A stretch of 64,000 bases of DNA, from positions 1-64,000 of IMG/VR virus record IMGVR_UViG_3300025133_000048; one strand, given 5' to 3'. The position numbers were made by a program, and so were the translations under genes. Of the stretch, positions 49,301 through 57,798 are shown one piece after another. Under the pieces are notes generated by a model. It worked only from the letters and a program-made list of their open reading frames with translations. It made no database searches and was not told where the DNA came from. Position 1 is the first letter of the stretch; each line of letters starts with the position of its first letter. The DNA is from a virus.

Positions 49301-50075
49301 AGAAGCAGTTATTGCCATTCCGTTTATTGAAAAAGACGGACAGAGAGAATTTTTTAAGATTCCAAAAACAGATATAGAAAATGCCTTATCTGAAAACAAT
49401 AAATTATTAGTCGGCGAAACAGTTAGAGAAATGGTAAAAAACATGCAAGAGTTTGTTTTGCCCCACTCCATGGACTTCATCAGAAACAAAGACATTGATC
49501 CGTTTGCTATGTACATTTTTTCATTCGAACATACATTGACAAAGCAAGATCTGGCAAATATTTGGCAAAATGTGTCTCCGAACATTGCTGTGACAAATGA
49601 AGAAACAGCCGCTACAATTTCTCATGAGCTTCTTTACCACGAGCTGTTGGGCTCTGGCGCACAGCTTAAAGTGGGTGTCAACAAAGAACAGGAGCTTGAC
49701 AGAAAAGCTAGACAGAAGGAATTAAACTCTCAAGTTCGCTGGATTGTATTTAAGGCCAAGAAAAGAGCATCAGTCAATTATTTTGAAAAAATTTATGAAA
49801 GAAATGAGTCAAATATTGGAAAAGGTTCAAAATCAACTGTGGACTCTACCGGTGCAAAATCAAACGCACAGTACAACTGGCCTTACGATTTCTTTTCTTT
49901 GGTAGAACTAATTAAGATTGATGCGGAAGTTGATTTTGCACAGCCTGATGAACAAGCACCAGAAGCAGGAATAGTGGCAAAACCAATTGTCAAGACTCCT
50001 GATAGAAAAGTAAAAATCACAGGAAACAAGAAGAACCGAAAGCGAACAATAAAAATTAAAGGCAACAAACGATGA
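43398..50075 (+). CDS. Giant LamG-containing tail/baseplate protein (2225 aa)
   Basis: SITFWAK, NHFALVWDG...LYING, MSELVLWKKQLS, ADFAII...WWRLG, IAELALF; Ser/Thr/Gly-rich. Confidence 0.7.
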   Translation: MPINLDLVGLNTLVNEPITSSTNTIGYQPHEHIVRRALANKYVDDGGSASDYYIASKETGFSGYTTTGPLSITFWAKIDLDESVRSEHNSHVLLATDGANNSLAIVFHHTAQDSGNYTGGKIIFSVLEGSNVNQFYWTSLSTSWSILGSLNHFALVWDGDKDSNPVLYINGEQTVDSQFLFSVSNRNMTTSTRNNIDLLRVGGSAQDENNLHGSMSELVLWKKQLSSAEARSFYRERRFVDYSIYSSDIIDYWKLGEDLASTFKIGDSVALSTTISSAISNNDLTTSANTTVAKGLVFDSIVNLNVGIINADDYLVALNIHRNGLYGYPIFKQIRAGQNPLTRYHNNNSIFSYVSEVGEIKQKFNGSQLIQTYREKRGSLYQITESVVISSNKPIMLVGSVQRGDDDNGELDRVEILTSFNNENQYFANEQANRHHGIIYDVVEGYDELSDIYLDGGLDGDNSPLDQFELLKYSQTIYPKAGNSYLNEVRGRPNFESGYWRDLRTNRNETGAIDNGFGFTIPSQSVWVLDTEDNWAARTLSASVGSFTASIGCDFDFNTSSGSAGGFEFGAAEISFFAYDADGNDPGVISDYTTAQVGDIVGYRITAEKYSLNSVDGTARFWNAWSNAMDAGNFRVDPYTANYITRSAYTSTGNDDSDPFYLQVNSSTFNEATWKSEFDNLYLHFWAKDISSTTEGYLYREVDSTQINRRSVYFSGSTIEVLHSTVFNNQFEDGATSIHTGSTKALGAVAISHDLDAESTSRGQEWNNHIIKLSSNSGSISQTSDINFKLNGNLRFSPNWSATSISDTLNFYTANKTATTLFTSTTAQGKNTNDSFTNGSGPYNLSMGSADRLITFFLKVIGTTTQTIFKFYTNSNNFIFGQISGTTLTISIFSTSSGSLKTRVYTYDVSDHIGTLTKYIIFDETAAGQYVPLKLYAYTTSGLVEIAGSEAYSDPLPRAALATTFQQYSLYSIDSDSYGGGQILADFAIITGSAFTEAHLNLLANSGSTIDLTSSYWTGPDPVAWWRLGNGSSDPANYDGNDGSKDILHDYAGYAGGPYHITASVGFTTTANTGPPRNLTDRIGYHTSSVSEVFVMCATSSTNNVATDYFKNGNIAELALFSGSTSFNSSELAVSPKYCYVDLTSSAVTGQTASLWYAFSGSSDFFAATSSVVANIGTGLSATYTLSSSYASTSPSGSKTQGLVTGGSAVFTFKANQPLQGQGTNQALPGSGILNFVSSAVAGDALSDTFFLGATYNASGSPGILQNSYNSFNAEVLDTTLNLDDQLYAAPSYTRRHSLKISSSFGNPFGINPQIGATRNLLEFELFQGTAFWDVPTQSGRNPFYDSYDAYAENIRLFAKDHTVVPEFKISNHIDRYLNSGDTDFGANDLPLLEITGGKSGASNSDEAEFFEVYSTTDFLKNFEIIQDDHKGFVDPLALTLKCKAVKKLLPYEGFYPAQRTVDIAKQFYDSYGQHLNFSSSFADGTGADYATQFLLQPLFSPGILFNSIKSGIACDYPMMTGSFTTSSIELDGNTTGSYYINEQFHRRVPFEALLEPEKHLANFTMGSQEPDPRGSVDATVNWSGQGDQKYRLMISNFLSEVGGFFLENENYTTIASLPQADPNFGNAEAGKAYMMRISLYRSTQGPKDVWTTDPAKSYYSPSPSDRFGLPQDTGSINETITMYSRPSGFGPPQRLHLSGASGINLSVKFNNWSAFKKDGSIDTFYTRNDSVTIEVHSDPTTPANGSTFEDLQVDSDGHYLMGNDASQGYNYPFTPAYYHGEGWADIIFKPATTKKYSLEEIINSSSVEFLRFYEPVLSASEAGTFTSQRLVNEDAMQLASSMNIFSKGILSQDFKSDNPADSYRWIIQSKFESPVLNFNKYSYTGSTNNFTLPNIAPETTPVGMWHQYGEIPSQQEGVFLRVTDVPNQWIQNSMGGNSSLTSSLADLCGFSADPVRVGEIKSTKTVKEAVIAIPFIEKDGQREFFKIPKTDIENALSENNKLLVGETVREMVKNMQEFVLPHSMDFIRNKDIDPFAMYIFSFEHTLTKQDLANIWQNVSPNIAVTNEETAATISHELLYHELLGSGAQLKVGVNKEQELDRKARQKELNSQVRWIVFKAKKRASVNYFEKIYERNESNIGKGSKSTVDSTGAKSNAQYNWPYDFFSLVELIKIDAEVDFAQPDEQAPEAGIVAKPIVKTPDRKVKITGNKKNRKRTIKIKGNKR

Positions 50076-51016
50076 GTTTTTTTGATAAAAAAGAAGATGT
50101 ATTAGAAATTTCTCTCACACCACACGGAAGACATCTTTTATCAAAAGGAAAACTCTCGCCGGCCTATTATTCCTTTATTGATGATGATGTCCTATACGAT
50201 GTATCAGCTGCTGGTGGGTCTGAGGACAACTATCAAGTAAAAGATAGAATATTACAAGATACACCGATACTTAAGCCACAAACAAACTTTGTGGATCTAG
50301 ATGCAAAGACGAAAGACTTAAAAAATGATTTAGCTAGTGATGTAACCAAGTATAATTTATACACTCTGGGAACATCCAACAACATAGAGGATTATGCACC
50401 TTCTTGGGAAATAAGCCTTATTAGAAATGAAATCAGCTCATCAGCAACCACTCTTTCATCCAGCAATGGGATTCATAATATACCACAGATAGATATTGAC
50501 ATAGAATTTACTATGTCTGTAGACAACATCAACCTAAGTCCAAATCCAAGAGGACTGGCACCATCACCAGAATTGCAAGTTGGAAGAGTCTTTCAAGACG
50601 GCACATATCTTAAAGTTGAACCCGATCAGGCACTATTTAGAATCTTAGAAAAGAATGGCTTTCTCCATGGTGAGAGCATGCAAATTGAAGCATTTAAATA
50701 CGATACAACATCAAATCAAAATCTCATACCGCTTTCTTTTGTCAAAAGAGATAACCAAATAGTTAATGACATTTTGGTGGAGGAGCAAACATCCTCTATA
50801 GAGGAGATTACTCCCAACAATGTTGAATACTTTTTTGACATTAGGGTTGACAAGGAGATACCCCTATCTGACATCTGTGAGGGTATAAAAGAATTAAAAT
50901 CTAAAGGAATTTTCGGAGATTTTGAAGTAGAATGCCCAGATGCCGGCAGTAATGTTCGGACAAACATCTACTCATCTCCGATCACACCTGAAGATATAAA
51001 GGACTGTGACATATGA
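50072..51016 (+). CDS. Putative structural protein (N-terminus paralogous to 55781)
   Basis: LEISLTPHGRHLLSKG...DDDVLY. Confidence 0.6.
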   Translation: MSFFDKKEDVLEISLTPHGRHLLSKGKLSPAYYSFIDDDVLYDVSAAGGSEDNYQVKDRILQDTPILKPQTNFVDLDAKTKDLKNDLASDVTKYNLYTLGTSNNIEDYAPSWEISLIRNEISSSATTLSSSNGIHNIPQIDIDIEFTMSVDNINLSPNPRGLAPSPELQVGRVFQDGTYLKVEPDQALFRILEKNGFLHGESMQIEAFKYDTTSNQNLIPLSFVKRDNQIVNDILVEEQTSSIEEITPNNVEYFFDIRVDKEIPLSDICEGIKELKSKGIFGDFEVECPDAGSNVRTNIYSSPITPEDIKDCDI

Positions 51017-53874
51017 TTTCACCAGAAGTAGGACTTGAAACCTTACCTAATTGCTATATCAAGATGATAGAGATAGATAAGGAAACACCATTTAGCGATA
51101 GGATTGATTGCACAATAATCTTGAAAGATTTGCAAGATTCTGATGGCGATTATTCTTGGTATAAGAACGATTATTTGTTTCCACACATGAAGATTCTTTC
51201 TGTTATCTCTGCCGATGATGCTTTAAATTCTGCCATAGACAGCGGACAAATACCATTCTCAATTGCGGAGATAAACAAACTAGGTCAATCAGGTTTTTTT
51301 GAAACAAGACAAGAGTCTTTATCAAAATTCAAACAAATTATAACAAATGAACAAAATGTTGAAGAAGGGATGTTAAAGTCATTTAATTACCCTGTTTCTT
51401 TTCAAGCTCAAGCAAGTTTTCAAAATTTGAAATTGTATGTGGCCGTTGTAGTTGACATACAGGAGTTCTCTTCTTTAAAAATGATTAATCTTTCAAGTGA
51501 TAGTCTGAAGGTTTATAGAGGACCGGTTTCTTCGGAGACAATCAAGCTTAATGGTAAACTTCAAAGTAAATCATCGCTCTTGAGAAAGCCTAGTGGAGAG
51601 ATCTGGTCTGGCCCTGTACATGTACATGAAGGCCGATTGATGGAAGGTTCATTTCACACAAATGATCCACACGAATCCCTTCAGGAAGTAGTCGTCGAGA
51701 ATCCAAAAATAAAAAACTATAAGCAAGAAAAGTTTCAAAGACTTTCCACAAACAGAATACAAAGAAACAATCCTATTTTTTCAGACTTAATCACTTCTTA
51801 TGGAGCTGAAGGCAATGTTTCTAACCTCTTCACAGTAAATATAAAGTCAGCAGTTCTAAGAAACAGCTTTTATGCCGATAAGATTGCCTCTTTAAATAAG
51901 TCTATTTTTGAATCTATGATAGATGAGGTGGAGGTATTAAATCTGACGGTCTCAAAACAAAAAATCAAAACCAGAAAATCACAAAACAAACTAGGAACTT
52001 CTAAAAGAGTACCACAAACACAAATACAATTTAGAAGATTGATTACTTCTCGAGATAGACGCAAACTAGCATTTAGAAGCTTGCAAGAAGGCAATGTTTC
52101 TTTGGAAGAGATTATTATGAACTCTGATGTGTCCGAGAGAACATTTTCTTTTAACGAAGGCAACATCTATAAAGAAGCTTCTGAGAATAGATATAAAATA
52201 AATTTGGTTCTTAGTGACCCTTTTAAAGACTTTTTGGATGATCTTAATACATCATCGAAACAGGCTCTGAAGGATTTAAAGACTTATGTTTATAGAGCCA
52301 ACATAAAATCACTAAATACAGAGGGCTCCTTTCTTTCACCTACTTTTGTTGAGCAAGAGATCTTGAGATATCCTAGGAAAGATACTGCTCCATGGAACAA
52401 AGCAACAGCAAACTATGTTTCTCTTGTTAGTACGCTAAGAAAAATTGAAAGCGATGAGATTGAACCATTAATACAGGAGTCAATCTTTTTGATTCACCCA
52501 TCTTATTCTACAAAGAAGAGTGTTGATACTTTTTTAGCTAAATTTTCAAATGTCTATATGGAATTCATAAAGACCTATCGATTATCACAGAGATCTTATC
52601 TTGATACATCAAAAAGAGGCTCAGCTAAAAATGCTTTGAATCCAAAAATCGAATTATCAAAAACCTTTCAACAAATTGTATCTTATAGCGGCAGAGCCAA
52701 GTGCATACATTACCTACAAACCGAGAGTGAAAAATTTCCACTACTCGCAAAGGAAGACTTAGATAGAATCACCCAAGCACAAACGCAGAAGCACTTTAAA
52801 AACCAACCTTCCTTTGCTGGAACCGTTTTATCTGATCAATCCAAGGAATTGGTAGAAGCCTTTTCTGATTACAAAAACAATGTTATTTCTTACATTAACC
52901 CCATAACAATACAGGATAAGAAAGAGGTTACGCCGGTTGATGATTATAAGTCGATTGATCTAGATCGATTGAACAAAATAGTTGATGAGTTCGTCCCACC
53001 AGTCAGAACCGAAAGAGTTGAAAGGCCGACCCCTAAGCCCTCCAATCTGTCTTTTAAGGTTGCAAAAGACTCAAAGACATACTTGGCAGATAAGAAGGAA
53101 AAGTTTAAGACTACCAAACAAAACTTAGGAGAAAACAGTCCGTTCAGGGATGCAACAGAGCAGTTTGAGGAAAAAAAGGCCCGAGTGGTTAATAATAAGA
53201 TTAAAAAAGCATTTAAGAAAAGAGAAATTGAAAAACCTAGTAAGAAGAGCTTCTCTCTTAAGGAGCCAAAAGTTTCTCAAAAGCTTGAAAAGAATCTAAA
53301 ACTCGTAAAAAGAATGCCAATTTCCCTAAAGTCAGTTTTTATTTCAGAATCTTCAAATGTAAAGAACAATTTTATAAAAAAGGGTGATTCTTTCATAGAG
53401 AATACAAAAACCTCAAATGCTTTTAGAGTAGCATTTCAATCTCCTGCTAAAGTTGAATTTCTATCCGGATATTCAAGAGATAAGAACGGAGACAAGATAC
53501 TTATAAAGCCACAGTGGAAACTCTTAAATAAAGAAAATTTTGAAAACTTACAAGGACCAGTAATTTGCCGTCTATCTTATCATGAGCTTAAAGACCTAAC
53601 AAATCCGTTAAATGAATTCTATATAGCAAACGATCAGTTCATTCTCAAAGATATCAATCAGCGAATCCAAAAGACACCGGTAGTTTTTGATCTACCTTCT
53701 TCTCAAAGAGTTTCTTTGATAACACAAAGACTTATGGAAATAAAGATTGAATATGCAACAAGCAACATCATAAAACAATATCAAAACAACATAAATCTCA
53801 GAAAGATAAACAAAGAACCAGAAAATCAGCAAAATGAGAGACAAACACAGACCATAGGAAGGTTATACCGATGA
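51013..53874 (+). CDS. Large hypothetical (putative structural) protein
   Basis: 953 aa, coupled within the structural operon; WSGPVHVHEG...HTNDPH motif. Confidence 0.55.
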   Translation: MISPEVGLETLPNCYIKMIEIDKETPFSDRIDCTIILKDLQDSDGDYSWYKNDYLFPHMKILSVISADDALNSAIDSGQIPFSIAEINKLGQSGFFETRQESLSKFKQIITNEQNVEEGMLKSFNYPVSFQAQASFQNLKLYVAVVVDIQEFSSLKMINLSSDSLKVYRGPVSSETIKLNGKLQSKSSLLRKPSGEIWSGPVHVHEGRLMEGSFHTNDPHESLQEVVVENPKIKNYKQEKFQRLSTNRIQRNNPIFSDLITSYGAEGNVSNLFTVNIKSAVLRNSFYADKIASLNKSIFESMIDEVEVLNLTVSKQKIKTRKSQNKLGTSKRVPQTQIQFRRLITSRDRRKLAFRSLQEGNVSLEEIIMNSDVSERTFSFNEGNIYKEASENRYKINLVLSDPFKDFLDDLNTSSKQALKDLKTYVYRANIKSLNTEGSFLSPTFVEQEILRYPRKDTAPWNKATANYVSLVSTLRKIESDEIEPLIQESIFLIHPSYSTKKSVDTFLAKFSNVYMEFIKTYRLSQRSYLDTSKRGSAKNALNPKIELSKTFQQIVSYSGRAKCIHYLQTESEKFPLLAKEDLDRITQAQTQKHFKNQPSFAGTVLSDQSKELVEAFSDYKNNVISYINPITIQDKKEVTPVDDYKSIDLDRLNKIVDEFVPPVRTERVERPTPKPSNLSFKVAKDSKTYLADKKEKFKTTKQNLGENSPFRDATEQFEEKKARVVNNKIKKAFKKREIEKPSKKSFSLKEPKVSQKLEKNLKLVKRMPISLKSVFISESSNVKNNFIKKGDSFIENTKTSNAFRVAFQSPAKVEFLSGYSRDKNGDKILIKPQWKLLNKENFENLQGPVICRLSYHELKDLTNPLNEFYIANDQFILKDINQRIQKTPVVFDLPSSQRVSLITQRLMEIKIEYATSNIIKQYQNNINLRKINKEPENQQNERQTQTIGRLYR

Positions 53875-55745
53875 CAACCAGCAAAACGATAATAAAAGAC
53901 AATGAATTCGTTGTGTCACCCAGAGTCAGAAAACCTTCTCTTAGAGCTTCTTCAACGAATGAATCTGGTGAGATAGTATTTAATGAGTCTTATTTGAATC
54001 CAAATGAGTTGCGTGTGCCGATTCTTGATCACAAGATCGCTATACAATTACCTCAGCCTTACAAGAACGCAGCTGACTCCAATGGTGCTGGTGCATCACC
54101 CTACTATTCAATTAATCCAAATTATAATTACATAGCAACCGAATGGGAAAGAAATTTTGACGCATTGGTTCCATTGCAATCACCCAGCATCTATGTTGAA
54201 AACGCAGAAAAATTGAGAGAGCTAAAATCATTCGCCGGCTTGAACATTAATAGGGCTCTTACTAAGAGATTTGACTCTAAGATGTTTAGAAGCTATAGAA
54301 TTAGAACAAGGAATGAGCTGAGGCGATTTAAAAATGTTTTGTTTTTGCAAGATTTTTTAAAAAATGGTGATAAGGCATCTGATAAGAGCAACTATCCATT
54401 CTACAACGAGCTATTCTTTTTTCATCCAACTAAGACAACGATAAAAGATAAACTAATGAAAATCGGCATTTATGATCTTCTTATAGAAGACTATGTTACC
54501 TCTGTGAAGGTTATGAGAGAATTTAATGATGTCCGAACTCCCATTTTTGACCTAACGAGATGGATTAAAAATTCAGATTTTAAAATAACACAAGAAAATA
54601 AAGTAGTGTTATCAAACAGTAACATAGATAAAAGTGTCTTTGCTCCTTATCTTAAAAAATTAGAATTCCTCGGGTTTTTAAGAAAACAGACCCTCAAACA
54701 CCAACGAACAGCTGCCGAGATAACCATGGGCAAACCGTGCCACTCAGAGGTCCTGTTTCACAGAATTAGAAAATCAAAGGTTAGTAATGGAGAAATCGTT
54801 CAGTCATTTTGGCTCCCGTCCAGTAATGAAAGAACAACGCTCGTAGATACCCAGATAAGATACGGAGAGGAGTATGAGTATACTCATTTTGCTTATGTAG
54901 CAGTTGTTGGTGCCGGAGTTGACCGAGCAGCAAATCAGATTATAGTTTCCCCTTCTATTCAGATAGTTGAGGTTCCGCTATATACTGAAACTTGCTTAGC
55001 AATACAACCACCACAACCACCACCAGAGATAGAATTCAAAAATAACAAAAACATAGAAAACGAAATCAAGATTTCCATGTCTCTGAATGCGAACAATTAC
55101 TATAAGAATTTTGTCCCGCTAAGCCCAGAAGAGACATCACAGAATGATTTAATTGCCAAATATAACATAAATGGAACTAAAAGATATTTTAACTATGAAA
55201 CTGAACACGCATTGTTTGAAATCTTTCGTATGGACAGACAACCAAAAACATTTGAGGAAATCGGTAATCATAAGGTAGCAGAGATTAAGAACAGTGTTCC
55301 ATCTATCTCCGCTTTGTTTAAAGACAGAATCTTAATAGGCAAAGACTATTATTATGTTGTACGATCTGTAAACACACACGGTTTATTATCAAATCCAAGT
55401 CCTATTTATAAGGTAAAACAATTAAAAGACGCTGATGAAACTTTTATAAGTGTTGAAACTGTTGGGTTGTTAGAAGAAGAATTAGAACAGTCAAATCTAA
55501 TTTTTCAAAAACTTTTACAATTAGTGCCAAGCTCTTTACATACAATTTATAATTTAGAAAAAGAAAAGATGTTAGACCCTTCAAGTTTGAAAGGAAAAAT
55601 AGACAAAGTTTCACTAGGTATAGCAGAGGAGCCAATTTGGGGAAAAACATTTAAATTTAGAATTACTTCCACAGATACAGGCAAAAAAATTGATTTAAAC
55701 ATAAGAGTGAAGCTTGTAACCAATAAAACAAGCGAAGATTTATAA
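53871..55745 (+). CDS. Putative structural protein with FN3/Ig-like segments
   Basis: DTQIRYGEEYEY; FEIFRM...YYYVVRSVNTHGLLSNPS. Confidence 0.55.
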   Translation: MTTSKTIIKDNEFVVSPRVRKPSLRASSTNESGEIVFNESYLNPNELRVPILDHKIAIQLPQPYKNAADSNGAGASPYYSINPNYNYIATEWERNFDALVPLQSPSIYVENAEKLRELKSFAGLNINRALTKRFDSKMFRSYRIRTRNELRRFKNVLFLQDFLKNGDKASDKSNYPFYNELFFFHPTKTTIKDKLMKIGIYDLLIEDYVTSVKVMREFNDVRTPIFDLTRWIKNSDFKITQENKVVLSNSNIDKSVFAPYLKKLEFLGFLRKQTLKHQRTAAEITMGKPCHSEVLFHRIRKSKVSNGEIVQSFWLPSSNERTTLVDTQIRYGEEYEYTHFAYVAVVGAGVDRAANQIIVSPSIQIVEVPLYTETCLAIQPPQPPPEIEFKNNKNIENEIKISMSLNANNYYKNFVPLSPEETSQNDLIAKYNINGTKRYFNYETEHALFEIFRMDRQPKTFEEIGNHKVAEIKNSVPSISALFKDRILIGKDYYYVVRSVNTHGLLSNPSPIYKVKQLKDADETFISVETVGLLEEELEQSNLIFQKLLQLVPSSLHTIYNLEKEKMLDPSSLKGKIDKVSLGIAEEPIWGKTFKFRITSTDTGKKIDLNIRVKLVTNKTSEDL

Positions 55746-55752
55746 AAAAAAC

Positions 55753-55760
55753 CTATTTAT
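55753..55760 (+). promoter_or_regulatory. Putative late-promoter motif CTATTTAT
   Basis: Intergenic, before AAGGAG and ATG 55781. Confidence 0.6.
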
Positions 55761-55780
55761 AACGATATAAGGAGAAATTT

Positions 55781-56719
55781 ATGGGATTCTTAAATAACAG
55801 CGGAGACATCATTTTGGATGTAGTCCTAACAGATAACGGCAGAAAGATGCTCTCTAGAGGCGACGGATCTTTTAAAATTACTAAATTTGCTTTAGGAGAT
55901 GAAGAAATCAACTATGCCAGATACACTCCCAGCCACGCCAGTGGTTCTTCTTATTATGATTTAGAAATTCTACAAACACCAATCTTAGAAGCGTTTACTG
56001 ATAACGCCGCTTCTATGAAGACCAAGCTTATAACATATGAGAATTTAGAGCTTTTGTTCTTGCCTGTTTTTAATTTAAATGAAATCAAGCCCATTAATCA
56101 AAGATCTTCTCAAACAAATAGTTTCATCGTAGCGGTTGATCGCTCAGCAGAAGACGATGATGAAGCTTCAACAACAAGCGGAATTGGTTTAGATTCTAGT
56201 GGAAATGAAAAACAAGGTGTATTGTTCGGAGAGTCTCTGGATCGCGGATCAACCATTACAATAGATCAAGGCTTGGACACCACACAGATTTCAACCAGAA
56301 GTACCATCGACCCAGACCTTGTAGAAACAGAATACACTATTCAGATTGATAGTCGTTTTGGTAGAATTACTGGTCCCAACGGCGAAACACTTGATGAAAG
56401 TTATATCGATGATGATGGTATTGCTTACTATGTCGTAACACAAGGTGATAATGGTTACGAAGACATAACAGCACTAAGCAGATCCAATGAGTCTCCAATC
56501 TCAGGACCTCGCGGAGGTCGCCTTTCTTTTAGAATCGGCGCATCCATGGATCTTCAAACAAGTACTTACTTGTTTACAACACTAGGCGGAACCAGCACTC
56601 TAGAGAACAGAGGTGGCACCACTAGTAACATTTATCACATTGATTCAATTATAAGAATCACCGGAAATACTATTGGAAGCTCAATTGACATTCCAGTAAG
56701 ATTCGCTAAACTTCAATAA
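55781..56719 (+). CDS. Putative baseplate/tail-collar-like structural protein
   Basis: LDVVLTDNGRKMLSRG..SFKITKFALGDEEINY. Confidence 0.65.
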   Translation: MGFLNNSGDIILDVVLTDNGRKMLSRGDGSFKITKFALGDEEINYARYTPSHASGSSYYDLEILQTPILEAFTDNAASMKTKLITYENLELLFLPVFNLNEIKPINQRSSQTNSFIVAVDRSAEDDDEASTTSGIGLDSSGNEKQGVLFGESLDRGSTITIDQGLDTTQISTRSTIDPDLVETEYTIQIDSRFGRITGPNGETLDESYIDDDGIAYYVVTQGDNGYEDITALSRSNESPISGPRGGRLSFRIGASMDLQTSTYLFTTLGGTSTLENRGGTTSNIYHIDSIIRITGNTIGSSIDIPVRFAKLQ

Positions 56720-56737
56720 AGGAAATAGGATAACATT

Positions 56738-57790
56738 ATGGCAGCAAGTACATTTAAAATTCTAAACGAAGACGATATCGTCTCAACAAGAACTCTTCTA
56801 CATGAGGCAATACCTCTTACTGGAACTATTGTGAGCGGAACCTATGCAGACGCTAACATAAACAACCCATCACACGGGATGTTTCAATCTGTATACGACT
56901 ATCCGTATCTAAGTTCATCAGCAAACCACATTTTTGACATTACATTTGGAGTGGGAGCAAATTCTGCTATCTATTCCAGTGTAACTTCACAAAAACAAAA
57001 GAAAGAGAACATTTATAATCAAATGTCTCAACTTCTTATGGGATACAACACCGATGGTTCTATTTTAGAGCTTGACGAAGACGGTAATGTCCTTGCCGGT
57101 GGTACAAAAATTCGTGATGCTGTTTTCTTTCCTTTTTCTCGTTTACTTGTGAAAGACGAAATCAAAAAAGGAACCTTCACTATGTCTTTGGGTGTAACAC
57201 AAAATGACGAAACGCCGTTCACAACAACGGTAAATGTCACAGATGCCTCCGGCTCAGATGGATATTTTGTTAATTCACCAGTTGGCGAGTATGGAATATT
57301 ATTTGCTGGTAATGGAACAGGAACTCCTTTGCCAACTGACAATGTTCCCTGTGGTCTTCTTTTCTATCAAGCAGGCATTGCAGTACTAACCTCATCAGTA
57401 TTTCAGAGCCTTTTGTCATTCGATTGTCACATGAACGCAGCAAACAACAGCCTGTCTGATCTGCTAACCGGTTCAACTGTTCAAACAACTGCCAACTCTA
57501 TTCGACAAAGAATCGACAACATTCAGTTCAACAACACAACAGAGCTTAACTCAACAATTTACTTCTGTCGGATCAATCATAACGAGTTCAACTATTCAAC
57601 AAACCCAACATATGTTGATTCATCTAAAATCAGAGTTAAAACTAACTCAACAGATGAACCAGTATCATACATCACTACTATTGGGCTCTATAGTGATAAG
57701 AACGAACTTATGGCTGTCGCGAAGCTCTCTGAGCCTTTGAAGAAGACTCCAAGCACTGAATTCACAATTCGCGCAAGACTAGATTACTAA
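56738..57790 (+). CDS. Putative baseplate/tail structural protein
   Basis: EFNYSTNPT...YITTIGLYSDKNELMAVAKLSEPLKK...RLDY. Confidence 0.65.
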   Translation: MAASTFKILNEDDIVSTRTLLHEAIPLTGTIVSGTYADANINNPSHGMFQSVYDYPYLSSSANHIFDITFGVGANSAIYSSVTSQKQKKENIYNQMSQLLMGYNTDGSILELDEDGNVLAGGTKIRDAVFFPFSRLLVKDEIKKGTFTMSLGVTQNDETPFTTTVNVTDASGSDGYFVNSPVGEYGILFAGNGTGTPLPTDNVPCGLLFYQAGIAVLTSSVFQSLLSFDCHMNAANNSLSDLLTGSTVQTTANSIRQRIDNIQFNNTTELNSTIYFCRINHNEFNYSTNPTYVDSSKIRVKTNSTDEPVSYITTIGLYSDKNELMAVAKLSEPLKKTPSTEFTIRARLDY

Positions 57791-57798
57791 GATGCATT